A stretch of DNA of 64,000 bases, from NCBI GenBank assembly GCA_020832985.1, contig JAJHRE010000002.1, positions 22,991 to 86,990 on the forward strand, written 5' to 3'. A program made the position numbers and the translations under genes. Shown here piece after piece: positions 62,182 to 64,000 of this stretch (its first letter is position 1; every line of letters starts with the position of its first letter). This DNA comes from Desulfurococcaceae archaeon (GTDB lineage: Archaea; Thermoproteota; Thermoprotei_A; Sulfolobales; NBVN01). A model generated the notes under the pieces. The model did not search any database and was not told the DNA's origin. It worked only from the letters and a program-made list of their open reading frames with translations.

Positions 62182-62796
62182 TTAAATAATCTTAACCACC
62201 TCATCAATACTCCTCCTAGGCCTAACTCTAGGCTGTTCTGAAGGATAGCCTAAAGCTATTATAGCTTGAAGTTCACAGCCCTCAGGTGGTTTTAAGAGTT
62301 CGTCGAATCTATCCTTCATTAGTAGAGGTACTCCTAACCATACACTACCTAAGCCTAAAGCATGAGCAGCTAATATGATGTTCTCTATAGCTGCTGAAAC
62401 ACTTTGTATTATGTATACCTTCTCAACCTCTGAATACTGTACATTATGAGTACTCCGTCTGAAGTCTGCATATACAGCTATATACACTGGTGCTAAGTAC
62501 ATCCCACCAACTATCCTCTGAACCCATTTACTAACCTTCTCAGGAGGTAGCGGTTCCTTAAGCACTGATGTAGCGTATAGTCTATGTGCTTCGAGGAGGA
62601 GTTTATGGATCTCCCTCCTTAACGATTCATCCTTAACAACTATGAAGTACCACGGCTCACTACCCCCGGCGTTCGGAGCCCTCACACCACACTCTAAAAT
62701 CTTTAATATCAGTTGATCCGGTATTGAGTCCTGCTTAAACAACCTTATACTACACCTACTTAATATCACCTTAAGTAAGTCTTCACACATTAACAT
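62182..62796 (-). CDS. Nitroreductase-family protein
   Basis: RCSIRLFK...AP.A...PW pattern of the FMN nitroreductase fold. Confidence 0.75.
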   Translation of the reverse strand: MLMCEDLLKVILSRCSIRLFKQDSIPDQLILKILECGVRAPNAGGSEPWYFIVVKDESLRREIHKLLLEAHRLYATSVLKEPLPPEKVSKWVQRIVGGMYLAPVYIAVYADFRRSTHNVQYSEVEKVYIIQSVSAAIENIILAAHALGLGSVWLGVPLLMKDRFDELLKPPEGCELQAIIALGYPSEQPRVRPRRSIDEVVKII

Positions 62797-62917
62797 ACCA
62801 TTAAGATTAGTATTAACGTGCTTATCTATTTAACTCAATAATACCGACATTATTAAGAACAGTTAAAAACCCTAGTTAACTAATTCATAAGGTGTTAATT
62901 AAGTGTTAACTCCTACT

Positions 62918-64000
62918 ATGAATACTAAGGAAATACTGCAGTACTTAGGTGGTGAGGCAGCTTTTACTTATCTTGCTAAGGCTAAGGAGTTAGAGAAGAA
63001 GGGGATGAAGATCGTTAATTTCGGTATAGGACAACCTGATATACCTACATTCGAACACATCATTAACGCAGCTAAAGAAGCACTTGACTCTAGATTCACT
63101 GGTTATACAGAGACTGCAGGTATCTACGAGTTAAGGGAGGCTATAGCTGAATACTTAAATAATAGGTATAGTTCTGATGTACAGCCTTCAGAGGTTATCG
63201 TAGCTCCAGGAGCTAAAGCAGCTCTCTTCCTAGCACTCTCAGCCTACTTAAGGGAGGGGGATGAGGTCTTAGTACCTGAACCATCATTCCCAGCATATCC
63301 AGAAGTTGCTAAGTTCTTAGGGGCTAAACCTATCTTCATACCGCTTAAGTGGTTAGGACGTGAGAGAGGGTTTAAACTAGATCTTGAATCTATTGAGAGA
63401 GCGATCACACCTAAGACTAAGATGATAGTTATAAATAACCCTCACAACCCTACAGGTGCTGTATTCAGTAGTGATGAGGTTGAGTGGGTTATGGACCTAG
63501 CTAGGAGGAAGAAAATCATAGTATTAGCTGATGAGATCTACGACCACTTCATCTACGATGACTTGAAGTTTAAGTCATTCTTATCATTCCCAGACTGGCG
63601 TGATTATGTGTTATATGTTAATGGATTCTCAAAGACTTTCTCAATGACTGGGTGGAGGTTAGGGTACTTAATAGCTAGGAAGGAAGTTATGCCTAGACTG
63701 ACTGTACTGGCTGTAAATGTATATAGCTGTGCAACTAGCTTTGTACAGAAAGCTGCAGTAGTAGCTCTTAAGAAATCTGAGGAGGACGTTAACAAGATGA
63801 TAGAACTCTTTAGGAAGAGGAGAGACCTAATATGTAGTAGGTTAGATGAAGTGAGGGGATTTGAGGTATGGCCTAGTAAGGGTGCTTTCTACATATTCCC
63901 CAACGTAGGTAAAGTACTTAACGAACTTAATATAACTGTTGAGGAATTCGTAAACAGACTACTCATTAGTAAGGGTGTTGTAGTCCTCCCAGGTACTGCA
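62918..64000 (+). CDS. Class I aminotransferase (aspartate aminotransferase-like); 3' end lies outside the window; absent from the ORF track
   Basis: ATG at 62918 and a frame open to the window edge. NNPHNPTG and the PLP-Lys context NGFSKTFSMTGWRLGY. Confidence 0.85.
   Translation, partial: MNTKEILQYLGGEAAFTYLAKAKELEKKGMKIVNFGIGQPDIPTFEHIINAAKEALDSRFTGYTETAGIYELREAIAEYLNNRYSSDVQPSEVIVAPGAKAALFLALSAYLREGDEVLVPEPSFPAYPEVAKFLGAKPIFIPLKWLGRERGFKLDLESIERAITPKTKMIVINNPHNPTGAVFSSDEVEWVMDLARRKKIIVLADEIYDHFIYDDLKFKSFLSFPDWRDYVLYVNGFSKTFSMTGWRLGYLIARKEVMPRLTVLAVNVYSCATSFVQKAAVVALKKSEEDVNKMIELFRKRRDLICSRLDEVRGFEVWPSKGAFYIFPNVGKVLNELNITVEEFVNRLLISKGVVVLPGTA

Noticed and set aside
63604-63795. 63-aa minus-strand ORF.
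   Set aside because: It is antisense to the clearly coding plus-strand aminotransferase, which the track omits only because that gene runs off the window.

Overview
This 64 kb window looks like core chromosome from an AT-rich thermophilic crenarchaeon, probably Sulfolobales-like. Two things support that: the his gene order hisC-G-A-B-F-D-E-H-I and a LysW-type lysine pathway. It is densely coded on both strands with housekeeping operons. These include the taw1 3' end, tldD/pmbA, a metal ABC importer with an FmdE-like gene, and pyrBI divergent from pyrF-E-K-C-D. They also include hypD plus a HypC fusion gene, a TRAP permease, ribC, PHI, lysW-X-J-K, pgk, an XPD helicase and the complete his operon. 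Further along are an aldehyde:ferredoxin oxidoreductase cluster, inositol-3-phosphate synthase, a PadR regulator, a MacB-type ABC module around a 979-aa surface protein, dut, and a partial aminotransferase at the right edge. I found no tRNA or rRNA genes, CRISPR arrays or IS elements. Items worth a second look: (1) thi4 survives only as N- and C-terminal remnants, and the gap holds a TATA-preceded, GC-rich, non-coding element of about 110 nt that folds into several helices (candidate novel ncRNA); (2) a HypC-hotdog thioesterase fusion sits next to hypD with no other hyp or hydrogenase genes in the window; (3) four otherwise intact conserved genes (XPD, hisC, PHI, PadR), plus the N-terminal remnant of the broken thi4, have conserved N-terminal coding sequence upstream of any in-frame ATG/GTG/TTG; (4) a 12-nt motif is shared by the two promoter regions of the ABC/surface-protein module; (5) a perfect 13-bp inverted repeat brackets the TATA box in front of the PadR gene; (6) a candidate C/D box sRNA and a perfect hairpin lie in one convergent intergenic region; (7) two small ORFs are absent from the ORF track (lysW and an 8-Cys zinc-ribbon peptide). 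All functional calls come from my own recognition of protein motifs, and no database search was run.
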